DNA from: an uncultured Candidatus Saccharibacteria bacterium
GTDB lineage: Bacteria; Patescibacteriota; Minisyncoccia; Phycocordibacterales; XYD1-FULL-46-19
Assembly: GCA_964539475.1 (NCBI GenBank)
Contig: CAZIIR010000002.1
Coordinates: 7,474-56,307 of the forward strand
Direction: 5' to 3'
DNA length: 48,834 nucleotides
The notes below the pieces were generated by a model. It made no database searches. It had not been told where the DNA came from and saw only the letters and a list, made by a program, of their open reading frames with translations. Below are positions 8,659 through 16,798 of this stretch, piece after piece. Positions within the stretch are counted from its first letter, which is position 1, and each line of letters begins with the position of its first letter. The translations under genes and the position numbers were made by a program.

Positions 8659-8961
8659 TTACACCCGGCAAGCTTCTTCCACATAGGCCACAAGCTGGTC
8701 CTTGTCATCAATAATTTCTGGTGGTACCTCCAGATAGTTTTTCAAAACTTGCTCCGGACTCGGGGCAAACGGCCCCATCCCTACCTCAAGGTATTTTGGC
8801 GCTGTTTCCTCATTGGTTTTTAAATACAAAACCCCGTCATTTACTATGCCGAAAAATTTCTCCCCCAAATACAAGCCGTGGGAAGAAAACATTTTCTTAA
8901 CCCTTACCTCGCCAAGTTCCACCACCTGGTCCGCCACATATTCCGCGAAGCTAGTATCCAT
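8659..8961 (-). CDS. TfoX N-terminal domain protein
   Basis: 100 aa. The segment KKMFSSHGLYLGEKFFGIVNDGVLYLK matches the TfoX_N pattern. Confidence 0.65.
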   Translation of the reverse strand: MDTSFAEYVADQVVELGEVRVKKMFSSHGLYLGEKFFGIVNDGVLYLKTNEETAPKYLEVGMGPFAPSPEQVLKNYLEVPPEIIDDKDQLVAYVEEACRV

Positions 8962-9028
8962 ATTTTTGTCTTATTTGCTTATTTCGCTTTTTCCTTATTT
9001 TCAACTTTTTATTTCTTCTACCTTTTCC

Positions 9029-9055
9029 TTATTCGCCTATTCGAGCGAATTAGAG
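9029..9055. promoter_or_regulatory. Repeated box, copy 3 (degenerate, ATTCGAGCGAAT)
   Basis: The sequence ttattcgcctattcgagcgaattagag matches 22 of 27 positions of the box. It overlaps the last four codons and the stop of arsR, about 83 nt upstream of the tfoX-like start. Confidence 0.45.
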
Positions 9056-9309
9056 ATCTGTTTGATTATCGGGTGTTTGTGCGACGCCGACGAATACCAC
9101 ACCTCCAGCCCCCTCTGCTCTTTTTCCAGAATATCAACCCCATACAAAACCGCCAAATGTTTAGACGTAGCCTTAAACGACAAGCCAATCTTCTCCGCCA
9201 CCTCCCCTACCGTCGCCTCTTTTTCATTAGATAAATATTTTAAAATAGCCAACCTTCGCCCATTAGCCAAGGCTTTAAGCATCCTCTCGAGCTCTTTAAT
9301 ATTTTTCAT
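9037..9309 (-). CDS. ArsR/SmtB family transcriptional regulator
   Basis: 90 aa. The winged-HTH pattern is LKALANGRRLAILKYL...ATVGEVAEKIGLSFKATSKHLAVL. The ATG lies 6 nt after a TAAAAT -10. Confidence 0.85.
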   Translation of the reverse strand: MKNIKELERMLKALANGRRLAILKYLSNEKEATVGEVAEKIGLSFKATSKHLAVLYGVDILEKEQRGLEVWYSSASHKHPIIKQISNSLE

Positions 9310-9324
9310 CTACCCATTTTACAA

Positions 9325-9352
9325 CTATTCTCCTATTCGCGCGAATTAGTCC
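9325..9352. promoter_or_regulatory. Repeated 28-nt box, copy 2 (palindrome ATTCGCGCGAAT at 9335-9346)
   Basis: The sequence ctattctcctattcgcgcgaattagtcc differs from copy 1 at one position. Its centre is about 31 nt upstream of the arsR ATG. Confidence 0.6.
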
Positions 9353-9460
9353 ATAGGATATTATTTATTTTTACAATTTCATCTATCCTGGAAACAATCG
9401 TGTTTATTTAAAAATAACCACAGCTGGACAATATACTGTGAGACTTTTAGTATTATAAAT

Positions 9461-10312
9461 GTGACAATAAAACCTAACAAAATTAAAACTCTGGCTCTCT
9501 ACTCTGTTATTTTTATAACTATTGGTTTTATTGCTGTGCCAGTAATAATTAATTTTATAACTAACCCTTCAAATAACCGCGATTGGAATGATGATCAAAA
9601 AATTCTTCCCTACGCCACAATTAAAGATAATTTGATACATATTTATAATATAAGAAACTTTTCATATTCTTCACCCAAAACCTACACTCCAGACTATTAC
9701 GACAACGTATTTGATCTAAATAAAATTAAAAGAGTTTGGTATGTAGTTGAACCATTTTCTGGTGTACCAGGATCTGCTCATACATTCTTGAGTTTTGAAT
9801 TTGAGGATAATAAATTTATTTCTATTTCTGTTGAAATCCGTAAGGAGAAAGACGAGGAATATAGTCCAATAAAAGGACTATTAAATAGGTACGAAGTAAT
9901 GTATGTAATCGCCGATGAACGTGATGTGATAAAACTACGATCAAACTATCGAAATGATCTTGTTTACTTATACCCAGCAAATGCTAATAAAGAAAAAGTA
10001 AAGTTATTATTTTTAGACATGATTAATAGGACTAATAATCTAAATAACCACCCTGAATTCTATAATACAATCACAAACAACTGTACAACCAATATTGTCA
10101 ATCACATAAACAAAATTGGTTCCAAAAAAATCTCCTTGTTTAACCTAAGCGTAATACTGCCCGCGAGTTCCGATAAACTTGCCTACCATCTTGGGCTTAT
10201 AGATACAAACCTGTCTTTTGATGATACTAAGTCACTGTATCTTATAAATGATCGGGCCACAAAACACGCGACTGACCCTGACTTTTCAGTAAAGATCCGG
10301 ACGAAAGAATAA
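9461..10312 (+). CDS. DUF4105 (Lnb N-terminal-like) domain membrane protein
   Basis: It has an N-terminal TM helix. Segments follow the DUF4105 pattern: NRDWNDDQKILPYA, IYNIRNFSY, WYVVEPFSG..GSAHTFLSFEF, ISVEIRKEKDEEYSPIKGL and YEVMYVIADERDVIKLRSNYR. The gene is very AT-rich. Confidence 0.65.
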   Translation: MTIKPNKIKTLALYSVIFITIGFIAVPVIINFITNPSNNRDWNDDQKILPYATIKDNLIHIYNIRNFSYSSPKTYTPDYYDNVFDLNKIKRVWYVVEPFSGVPGSAHTFLSFEFEDNKFISISVEIRKEKDEEYSPIKGLLNRYEVMYVIADERDVIKLRSNYRNDLVYLYPANANKEKVKLLFLDMINRTNNLNNHPEFYNTITNNCTTNIVNHINKIGSKKISLFNLSVILPASSDKLAYHLGLIDTNLSFDDTKSLYLINDRATKHATDPDFSVKIRTKE

Positions 10313-10316
10313 GAGC

Positions 10317-10601
10317 CTAATAATAAACTCTTATAACATATATAATTTGTACTATAGGTAAAATCACAGAAACGCCACCAACAATCATACAGGCTAGTGA
10401 AAATATTTTTGGCTTTATGATATTATTTTTTAAATTATAAAAAGAAATAGCAAAAAGAAGTATCGCGAAAGGTAAAATTAAAACCAAATAACCAAGCAAT
10501 AATTCATACCAATTTGGTACAGTAAATGACCCGTAGACGTTTATTAAGCACCAAACACTAAGCCCCACACTTGTTGTATATAAAAATTTTTTTGTTAACA
10601 T
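10317..10601 (-). CDS. Small 3-TM membrane protein, candidate immunity protein for the RHS toxin
   Basis: 94 aa with three hydrophobic helices. The ATG at 10601 lies 2 nt after the RHS stop (10604-10606) on the same strand. Confidence 0.55.
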   Translation of the reverse strand: MLTKKFLYTTSVGLSVWCLINVYGSFTVPNWYELLLGYLVLILPFAILLFAISFYNLKNNIIKPKIFSLACMIVGGVSVILPIVQIIYVIRVYY

Positions 10602-10603
10602 AT

Positions 10604-13600
10604 TTATTTATTAAGTTTTGAATCAATAATTTGCCAAACTTCAGAATTCTGCCATAAATCAGAGTGCGCATTAATAAAATTAAATCCTGTTCCTTTTGTA
10701 ACACCGATATTATTTGCTCTAACAAAAAACTTATTTGCTAGAGAAAAAACTGTTGGCGGGTAAGCTCCAAATAGTCCGGCGACGCCTATTTTACCTACTG
10801 AAAAAGCTCGCCCACCTAAAACCTGAATCGGGTCCACAAGACTGTAGGCATTAGCGTGTCTACCAATCATATCATAATTTGGTTTGTAATCAGCCCTCAC
10901 TGGAGTGCCTAGGGTAACCAAATTGTCAATCTTTCTTTTTGTCATCTTACTCAAGAGAATAGCAATGTTTCCGCCGTGACTATGGGCAATCACATTAAGT
11001 TTTTCATCATTTTTGAAATTATAATCTTTAATCATTTTATTTAAATTCTGAGCAGCTTCTTTCCGGGCAGGTCTATTATTTTCTCCCGACCAACTGAAAA
11101 TCTTTGGCTCCTCTTTAAATGTTTTACCAACCACCTCTATAAAATCTTTTGCTTGACCATTTTTTGACCAAGATTTTTTATTATGAAAAGTACCTGGAAT
11201 TATCACCGTTAATAAACCACTTGGATCTTTCATCCCAATTGGGTTATTTCTCGCATAACTATAACTATTTTGTTGTTGAGGATCTATTAATAGTTCTGCT
11301 GGTAACACCCAAAACATTGGATCCTGACTCAAAAACCGGCCGATTTTGCCGTTTTGATAGCGGGCATTAAGGTAGCTAAGTCCAGTAAAATCATCATACT
11401 CCTGGCCAATATATTTTTGGCTTTGATTATAAGTCGATATTTTTTGGTCGAGACGAAGCTCACCATAGGGGTAATAGTCGACTAGTTCACTAATGGCGCT
11501 GTTTTTATCAGTCACAAGACTAGTGCCAGAGAGATGATCAGTGTGAATATAATAAGGACTACTAGTAGCACTTTCACTACGAATCGTCGCCACCAAGCGG
11601 TCCCCAGCATAGATATGTTTATCAATAATTTGCCCAGAAATATCATAATTCGGACTGATATACAGTGTTGTACTGGTACCTGTTTTTTGAGAAATTCTTT
11701 GTCCTTCATTATCGTACTCATATGTAGTAACTAAATTACCAGTGATACTTTTTACTAAACGGTCATTATAGTCCCAAGTAAAAGTGGCACCTGGTGCCAT
11801 TAGCATATTTCCATTTTTATCATAAGAATAAGTTGAGGAGGCAATGGAGGTCACGGCTTGGGGCGAAGTATAGTCAACAGCACTGTAACCATAACTACCG
11901 CCCGGACCGCTTAAAATATTACCAGTTGGGCCGTAAGTAAAATTTTGACTATATAAAGTAGAGCTAGCATTTACTGCTGTAGCTTTGGTCAAACGATAAA
12001 GATCGTCATAAGTATAAGTTACTGTCTTCGTGAGCAGGTTAGGCGAAAGATCAATTTCTTTTGTAATATTTCCACCAGCATCATAAAGATAGCTCACTGA
12101 CTGATATGTTGTACTACCTTTCTTGGTTTCTTTGTTCTTTAGTTGATAATTTTTAGCTGAGTCATAGGTAAAAATATTTTCTATACCGTCGGCATTTTGC
12201 TGATAAGTATCCAACCCGTGAGGTCCATAGTCCAAATCAGCCACGACAGGAAGCACTGGCCCATTTAGAATATCTCGCCGTGATATTTTCTCTATTTGAC
12301 CAGACCGATTGTAATTATAAATTATCTCCATATTGTCAGGTAAGCGTTTAGAAACTAAATTTCCAGCCAGATCATAAGCATTGACGGTAGTATAAGAAAA
12401 CTGATTGTAAACTTTATTATCTACCCTAACCTCACCCCGTGGGGTATATTGATAATTTTTAGACAGTCCAAGAATAGCCACCTTGCATAAACGTCCAACT
12501 CCATTGACACAATTGTCATAGATATACTTAACCTCCGGACCGGCTGTAGCAATATAATCTTCCGTTAGTGGTCGGTTCAGTGGGTCATAAACATAATTAA
12601 CAATTTGTCCTAGCGGGTCTTTCCTTGATATCAAATTACCATTATCATCGTAATAATATGCCCAAAGACTAAAAGTCGTATCTGTCGACTGGTGTAAGTC
12701 TTGAGCGGTCAACCGGCGCCCTAAGTTATCATAAGTGAAATCACGAATATTATTGAGTGCATCTATAATCCTGATTAAATTTCCAGTGGGACTATAATAA
12801 TACCGAGTATTATAGAAACCATTGCCGTACTTTTCATCAACCAGAACTAGTCGCCCATAAGCATCTTTGGTATATTTTTTTACTTTTCCTAAAGGGTCAG
12901 TAACAGTGGTCACCCAATCATTATAAGTGTAATTAGTAGAACCAAGTGAATTAACAACTATTTGCGGACGACCAACGGCATCGTAAGTAAAATTAGTAGT
13001 GATACCGGTTGAAAAAATTGGGGTAGTATAATATGAACCCGCTGAAGTATAAGGTAAAGTTTGAGTTGCTAATTCTCCCTGAGGGTTATAGTTAAGGGAA
13101 GTTACCGCGTAGTCGTCAGCGTCCTCCATCGAAGTCCTTTCTTGGATTAGTCTGCCGAGACCGTCAAAGTATTGATAAACTTCCGTAAATAAATTGGCAG
13201 TCAGTGAAGTTTTGACCTTAACTGACTGTGGTATTGTTTCGTCTTGATACGAGATATCTCTAATAGTAACGGTGGCACCTGAGCCGGCTTTTTCCTGTTC
13301 CCTGATCGGTCGTCCCAGCCCATCATAAGTTTTTATTTTACTAAAACCATTGGCATCGATTTCTTCTATCACTTGACCGGACAAATAATCGTAACCAAAG
13401 GACATGGTCTGACCAAGGGTATTGATAGCACTCTTAGGGTAGAGCCCCAAAGAATCATACGCGTAAGAAGTATTTCCACCACGAGGATCAGTCACTTTCT
13501 GTAAAAGACCACGGTTATCATAACTCATAGACTTAGCAATCCACTTAGTGCCTCCGACCCACTCCTCAACTTTGGTTAAATTTCCTTTCAAGACTGCTCC

Positions 13601-16597
13601 ACTGGACAAATCATCATAGTAATATTTTTTATAAGAAACAGCGGCACCATTATTATTCTTGAACTCTTCAGTTTTAGGTAAACTAGATATTCCAATATCG
13701 TTGTTTAGAGCATAAGAATAAACTTGAGTGGTTTTGTCGATTCCGATATCACTAAATCGACCGTCCATATTAGCAGAAACTTCACCCCAGTTTTCCTTGT
13801 TTGTAATATTGCCAAATTTGTCATATTTATAAGTTTCCGCCCCATCACGGTGAGAACTGTCGCCGTCGTAAGTCAGTTTGACATTGGACGCCAAGAAAAT
13901 GAAGTTCCGCTCAAACCCTTGTTCCGTCGCCAAAATAGCACGATCCCACTGGCTAACATTCCGTTCAAATAAACTACCCACCGCGTCATATTGTTCAACT
14001 AGATAAGGACGGTTAATCTTACTAGGGTGATCCTCAAATTCACCGCTACTAGTGTCAGATTCATTACCCTGATAAAAATAGTTTTTAGTCAGATTACCCA
14101 AAGGGTCAATTATGTCCACCTCACCAAAGCCAGCGAACCGCCTATCAAAAGAATTTTTAAAATAATAAAATCCGTCTTTATATAGATATTTAGTGATTGC
14201 TTCCTGACCTAAGCCATCTTTTTCTATAATTTCAGACACAGTCGTAATAACCAAGGGAAGTTTTGGATTTAAAAGTTGCCCTTCGTCTCGATATTGAGTA
14301 CTAGGTTTATATTTTATAGCCACTTCCCCGCCCATAGCAATCTCAACTTTATTTAAAAGATCGGGCTTCGGTCCCTCATTTACATAAGTAGTTGCGTGAT
14401 AGGCTCCCCCATATATTTCATACCGCTGAACTAAATCTTCTAAGCCGTCACCATTTACATCAACGATTCTCACCCCTTGATCAACACCACCCAAATCGAC
14501 AAAAACATGAGGTAAAGACCATTCGACACTTCGCACCCAGGTGTTTCCAGTATTAAGATAAACTTCTTTATTGCTACCTTCCTTTGCTTTTACAATATCA
14601 ACCAAACCGTCACCATTGATATCAAAAAACCTAACCCCAAAATCTTCTCCAGGATCGTTATAACGAATTCCATAGGTCAAGTCGACCGGTAATTGCCAAT
14701 TACCATTTCCCCGCCAGTCAGAACCAGTATTTATCCGATAATCAGATTCAAATTCACCGGCATCAATCTTGACTCTTTTGACCATATCCGCCAAACCATC
14801 ATTATTAACATCCACCAGGCGCTCACCGGTATCTTGGCCGTCTAATATAAAATAATCCTGCGGTTGCATGTCGGTTCGCAGAGTCCAACCTTCTCCATTA
14901 TTACTATGAATGCGACGCAAATCAATTCTACTAGCCCAGGCTCCTAAGATCATATCTACCAAGCCGTCACCGTTCATGTCAGCAAAACGAGCACCAAAGT
15001 CTTTACCAGAATTGTTTCTATCAATATCGGCAGTAACTGCCTCCGGCAGAGTCCAAGTTCCATTACCAGTAAAACTATTCCTCATGTTTAGGAAGGAAAA
15101 TGTTATGATCGACTCATCATCCCATTGATTATTGGCTGTCCTCAAATGAAGATCAGGCAGTAAGTCTCCGTTTATATCTAAAAATTGTAGCCCAGAATCT
15201 CGCCCACCTTTAGTAAAGACTCCTTGCGTGACACTCGGAACTTCAACCCAATCTTGACCCGTATTCTGATATTGTTTTTGACTGTCACCAGACCGACTCC
15301 TTATAACATCAGCCAGACCATCGCCATTAATATCTCCAAAGCGAACTCCTTTGTCTTCACCTACCAAGTGTCCATCTTCACCACTCACTATGTCTTCTGG
15401 TAAGTCCGTCCAGCTACCCCACTGGTGAGCAGATTTTGAATAAAAAAATTTGGTCGCTGGAGCATTAGTCCAACTATTATCGTCAGATAATCCAGACATC
15501 TTGATAGACGACAACACCGACCGAACGCCGTTATCTCCAGACTCATAATTAAGTTCATATTTTCGTTCGAGTCGGTTACTGATTAAAACTTCTATTCTAG
15601 CTAGTCGTTGGTCAGTAAAAATTTCATAACCCGTCGCGTAAGAATAATAAATATCGGGTCGGTTCTCCCAATAAAATTCAACCTTAAAAATACCCGCCGT
15701 GTCCGAGTGGTTAGTATAAGTTATTTGAGAAGGATATATTTGCCCGGAGTGCTTTTCATATTCATAGCTGATAAAATTACCATTAGGGTCCCTAATTTCA
15801 TTAACCAGCCAGCGAGATGTCTTAGACTCGTCACTCGGGTCGCCCTGTCGCGATAAAAAATTTTGACCAAAAACATATTTTGTTCCATCCTTAGCGGTAA
15901 CAATCCATTGGTTTTCTTCGAAAATATATTTTCTAAAATCACCATTTTCAAATCTAGCTCCATGCTCTTGTTCATCAATCCTAGCTAATTCCCCATCAAG
16001 AGACGAACTAAAAATCTTGTCGCTATACATATTTTCAACTCCTCGCCTGTTTAATGTCTCTATATAAGGGATAGAGAGTTCCCAACCATAACCAACCAAA
16101 TTATCATTCTTTTGGTTATCACTACTGTAGCCAAGCTTTAATTCAGGAGTAAGGCCATTACGACCAGGCGGAAGATCTAATAAATAATCATAAGAAAAAG
16201 CTCCTGTAGATGAGTTGACTGTCACTGACTTAGATTTGGTCTTACTATCTCGAGCACTGCTGTTAATATCATCTTCTTCTAAGCTAGTCGCCTTTATTTT
16301 TTCAAGAGATTGTTCATCTTTATCCTTAGTTGCGAGTTCCTCCGCTGGCTCTTCGGGGATATCTTTAGAATCAGGTTCTGTGTCTTGACGAGGTTCTTGT
16401 GCTGGTTCTTCTGTTTCTGGGGCTGGCACTTCGAGCACAGATTCTTCAGCTAAAGCAAGCGGTGCTATCGAATGGGTTGTTAACAAAAAAGCCAGCAATA
16501 AAATTGCTGGCTTTTGGGCAAGTCCCTTCGAACCAAGGCGCTGGCGACGACATGAGGACATATAAATTATGGCTTTGTTGGCATTATAAATAACCAA
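10604..16597 (-). CDS. Secreted TcB/TcC-like RHS repeat protein with C-terminal lipase-type toxin domain (1997 aa)
   Basis: Uninterrupted 5994-nt ORF. The Sec-type signal is AILLLAFLLTTHSIAPLALA/EE. The SpvB-like block reads SVTVNSSTGAFSYDY..LPPGRNGLTPELKLGYSS..GYGWELS. There are six DxNGDGxxD FG-GAP/VCBS-type repeats, many YD repeats (YDxxGR) and an RHS core ending PIGMKDPSGL. The first ATG is at 16561 and is the likelier start, since 16597 is a TTG. Confidence 0.9.
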   Translation of the reverse strand: MVIYNANKAIIYMSSCRRQRLGSKGLAQKPAILLLAFLLTTHSIAPLALAEESVLEVPAPETEEPAQEPRQDTEPDSKDIPEEPAEELATKDKDEQSLEKIKATSLEEDDINSSARDSKTKSKSVTVNSSTGAFSYDYLLDLPPGRNGLTPELKLGYSSDNQKNDNLVGYGWELSIPYIETLNRRGVENMYSDKIFSSSLDGELARIDEQEHGARFENGDFRKYIFEENQWIVTAKDGTKYVFGQNFLSRQGDPSDESKTSRWLVNEIRDPNGNFISYEYEKHSGQIYPSQITYTNHSDTAGIFKVEFYWENRPDIYYSYATGYEIFTDQRLARIEVLISNRLERKYELNYESGDNGVRSVLSSIKMSGLSDDNSWTNAPATKFFYSKSAHQWGSWTDLPEDIVSGEDGHLVGEDKGVRFGDINGDGLADVIRSRSGDSQKQYQNTGQDWVEVPSVTQGVFTKGGRDSGLQFLDINGDLLPDLHLRTANNQWDDESIITFSFLNMRNSFTGNGTWTLPEAVTADIDRNNSGKDFGARFADMNGDGLVDMILGAWASRIDLRRIHSNNGEGWTLRTDMQPQDYFILDGQDTGERLVDVNNDGLADMVKRVKIDAGEFESDYRINTGSDWRGNGNWQLPVDLTYGIRYNDPGEDFGVRFFDINGDGLVDIVKAKEGSNKEVYLNTGNTWVRSVEWSLPHVFVDLGGVDQGVRIVDVNGDGLEDLVQRYEIYGGAYHATTYVNEGPKPDLLNKVEIAMGGEVAIKYKPSTQYRDEGQLLNPKLPLVITTVSEIIEKDGLGQEAITKYLYKDGFYYFKNSFDRRFAGFGEVDIIDPLGNLTKNYFYQGNESDTSSGEFEDHPSKINRPYLVEQYDAVGSLFERNVSQWDRAILATEQGFERNFIFLASNVKLTYDGDSSHRDGAETYKYDKFGNITNKENWGEVSANMDGRFSDIGIDKTTQVYSYALNNDIGISSLPKTEEFKNNNGAAVSYKKYYYDDLSSGAVLKGNLTKVEEWVGGTKWIAKSMSYDNRGLLQKVTDPRGGNTSYAYDSLGLYPKSAINTLGQTMSFGYDYLSGQVIEEIDANGFSKIKTYDGLGRPIREQEKAGSGATVTIRDISYQDETIPQSVKVKTSLTANLFTEVYQYFDGLGRLIQERTSMEDADDYAVTSLNYNPQGELATQTLPYTSAGSYYTTPIFSTGITTNFTYDAVGRPQIVVNSLGSTNYTYNDWVTTVTDPLGKVKKYTKDAYGRLVLVDEKYGNGFYNTRYYYSPTGNLIRIIDALNNIRDFTYDNLGRRLTAQDLHQSTDTTFSLWAYYYDDNGNLISRKDPLGQIVNYVYDPLNRPLTEDYIATAGPEVKYIYDNCVNGVGRLCKVAILGLSKNYQYTPRGEVRVDNKVYNQFSYTTVNAYDLAGNLVSKRLPDNMEIIYNYNRSGQIEKISRRDILNGPVLPVVADLDYGPHGLDTYQQNADGIENIFTYDSAKNYQLKNKETKKGSTTYQSVSYLYDAGGNITKEIDLSPNLLTKTVTYTYDDLYRLTKATAVNASSTLYSQNFTYGPTGNILSGPGGSYGYSAVDYTSPQAVTSIASSTYSYDKNGNMLMAPGATFTWDYNDRLVKSITGNLVTTYEYDNEGQRISQKTGTSTTLYISPNYDISGQIIDKHIYAGDRLVATIRSESATSSPYYIHTDHLSGTSLVTDKNSAISELVDYYPYGELRLDQKISTYNQSQKYIGQEYDDFTGLSYLNARYQNGKIGRFLSQDPMFWVLPAELLIDPQQQNSYSYARNNPIGMKDPSGLLTVIIPGTFHNKKSWSKNGQAKDFIEVVGKTFKEEPKIFSWSGENNRPARKEAAQNLNKMIKDYNFKNDEKLNVIAHSHGGNIAILLSKMTKRKIDNLVTLGTPVRADYKPNYDMIGRHANAYSLVDPIQVLGGRAFSVGKIGVAGLFGAYPPTVFSLANKFFVRANNIGVTKGTGFNFINAHSDLWQNSEVWQIIDSKLNK
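10607..11212 (-). other. C-terminal toxin tail (202 aa) downstream of the DPSGL autoproteolysis motif; alpha/beta-hydrolase lipase-like
   Basis: DPSGL is encoded at 11213-11227. The tail contains the nucleophile elbow NVIAHSHGGNIA (AxSxG, as in Bacillus-type lipases). Candidate acid and His residues are at SLVDPI and INAHSD. Confidence 0.6.
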
Positions 16598-16633
16598 AGA
16601 AAAAAGTAAAGCTGTTCACATCTGCCCCAGCGA

Positions 16634-16790
16634 ACCCCACCTTTTTACGCTTTCGCGGGAGCTAGTTTAGAAATCAAGGAAGCGAACAGAAAAACTCATC
16701 TGTTTGAGCGAAGCGAGTTATGAGTTTTTTGTCGTGAGGTGACTATGATTTCTAACTAGTGGAGCGGGGCCCAGCGTAAAAAGGTGGGGT
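16634..16790. repeat. Long imperfect palindrome (about 157 nt) between ABC-F stop and RHS start
   Basis: The outer arms accccacctttttacgct (16634-16651) and agcgtaaaaaggtggggt (16773-16790) are perfectly complementary. The middle arms are ctagtttagaaatca and tgatttctaactag. The inner arms are agaaaaactcat and atgagtttttt. Confidence 0.7.
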
Positions 16791-16798
16791 GAGTGTAC

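Noticed and set aside
8813-9349. 178-aa plus-strand ORF spanning the tfoX-like and arsR genes.
   Set aside because: It is antisense to two genes with recognisable domains. The product is low-complexity and rich in S, F and L. No start signals are present.
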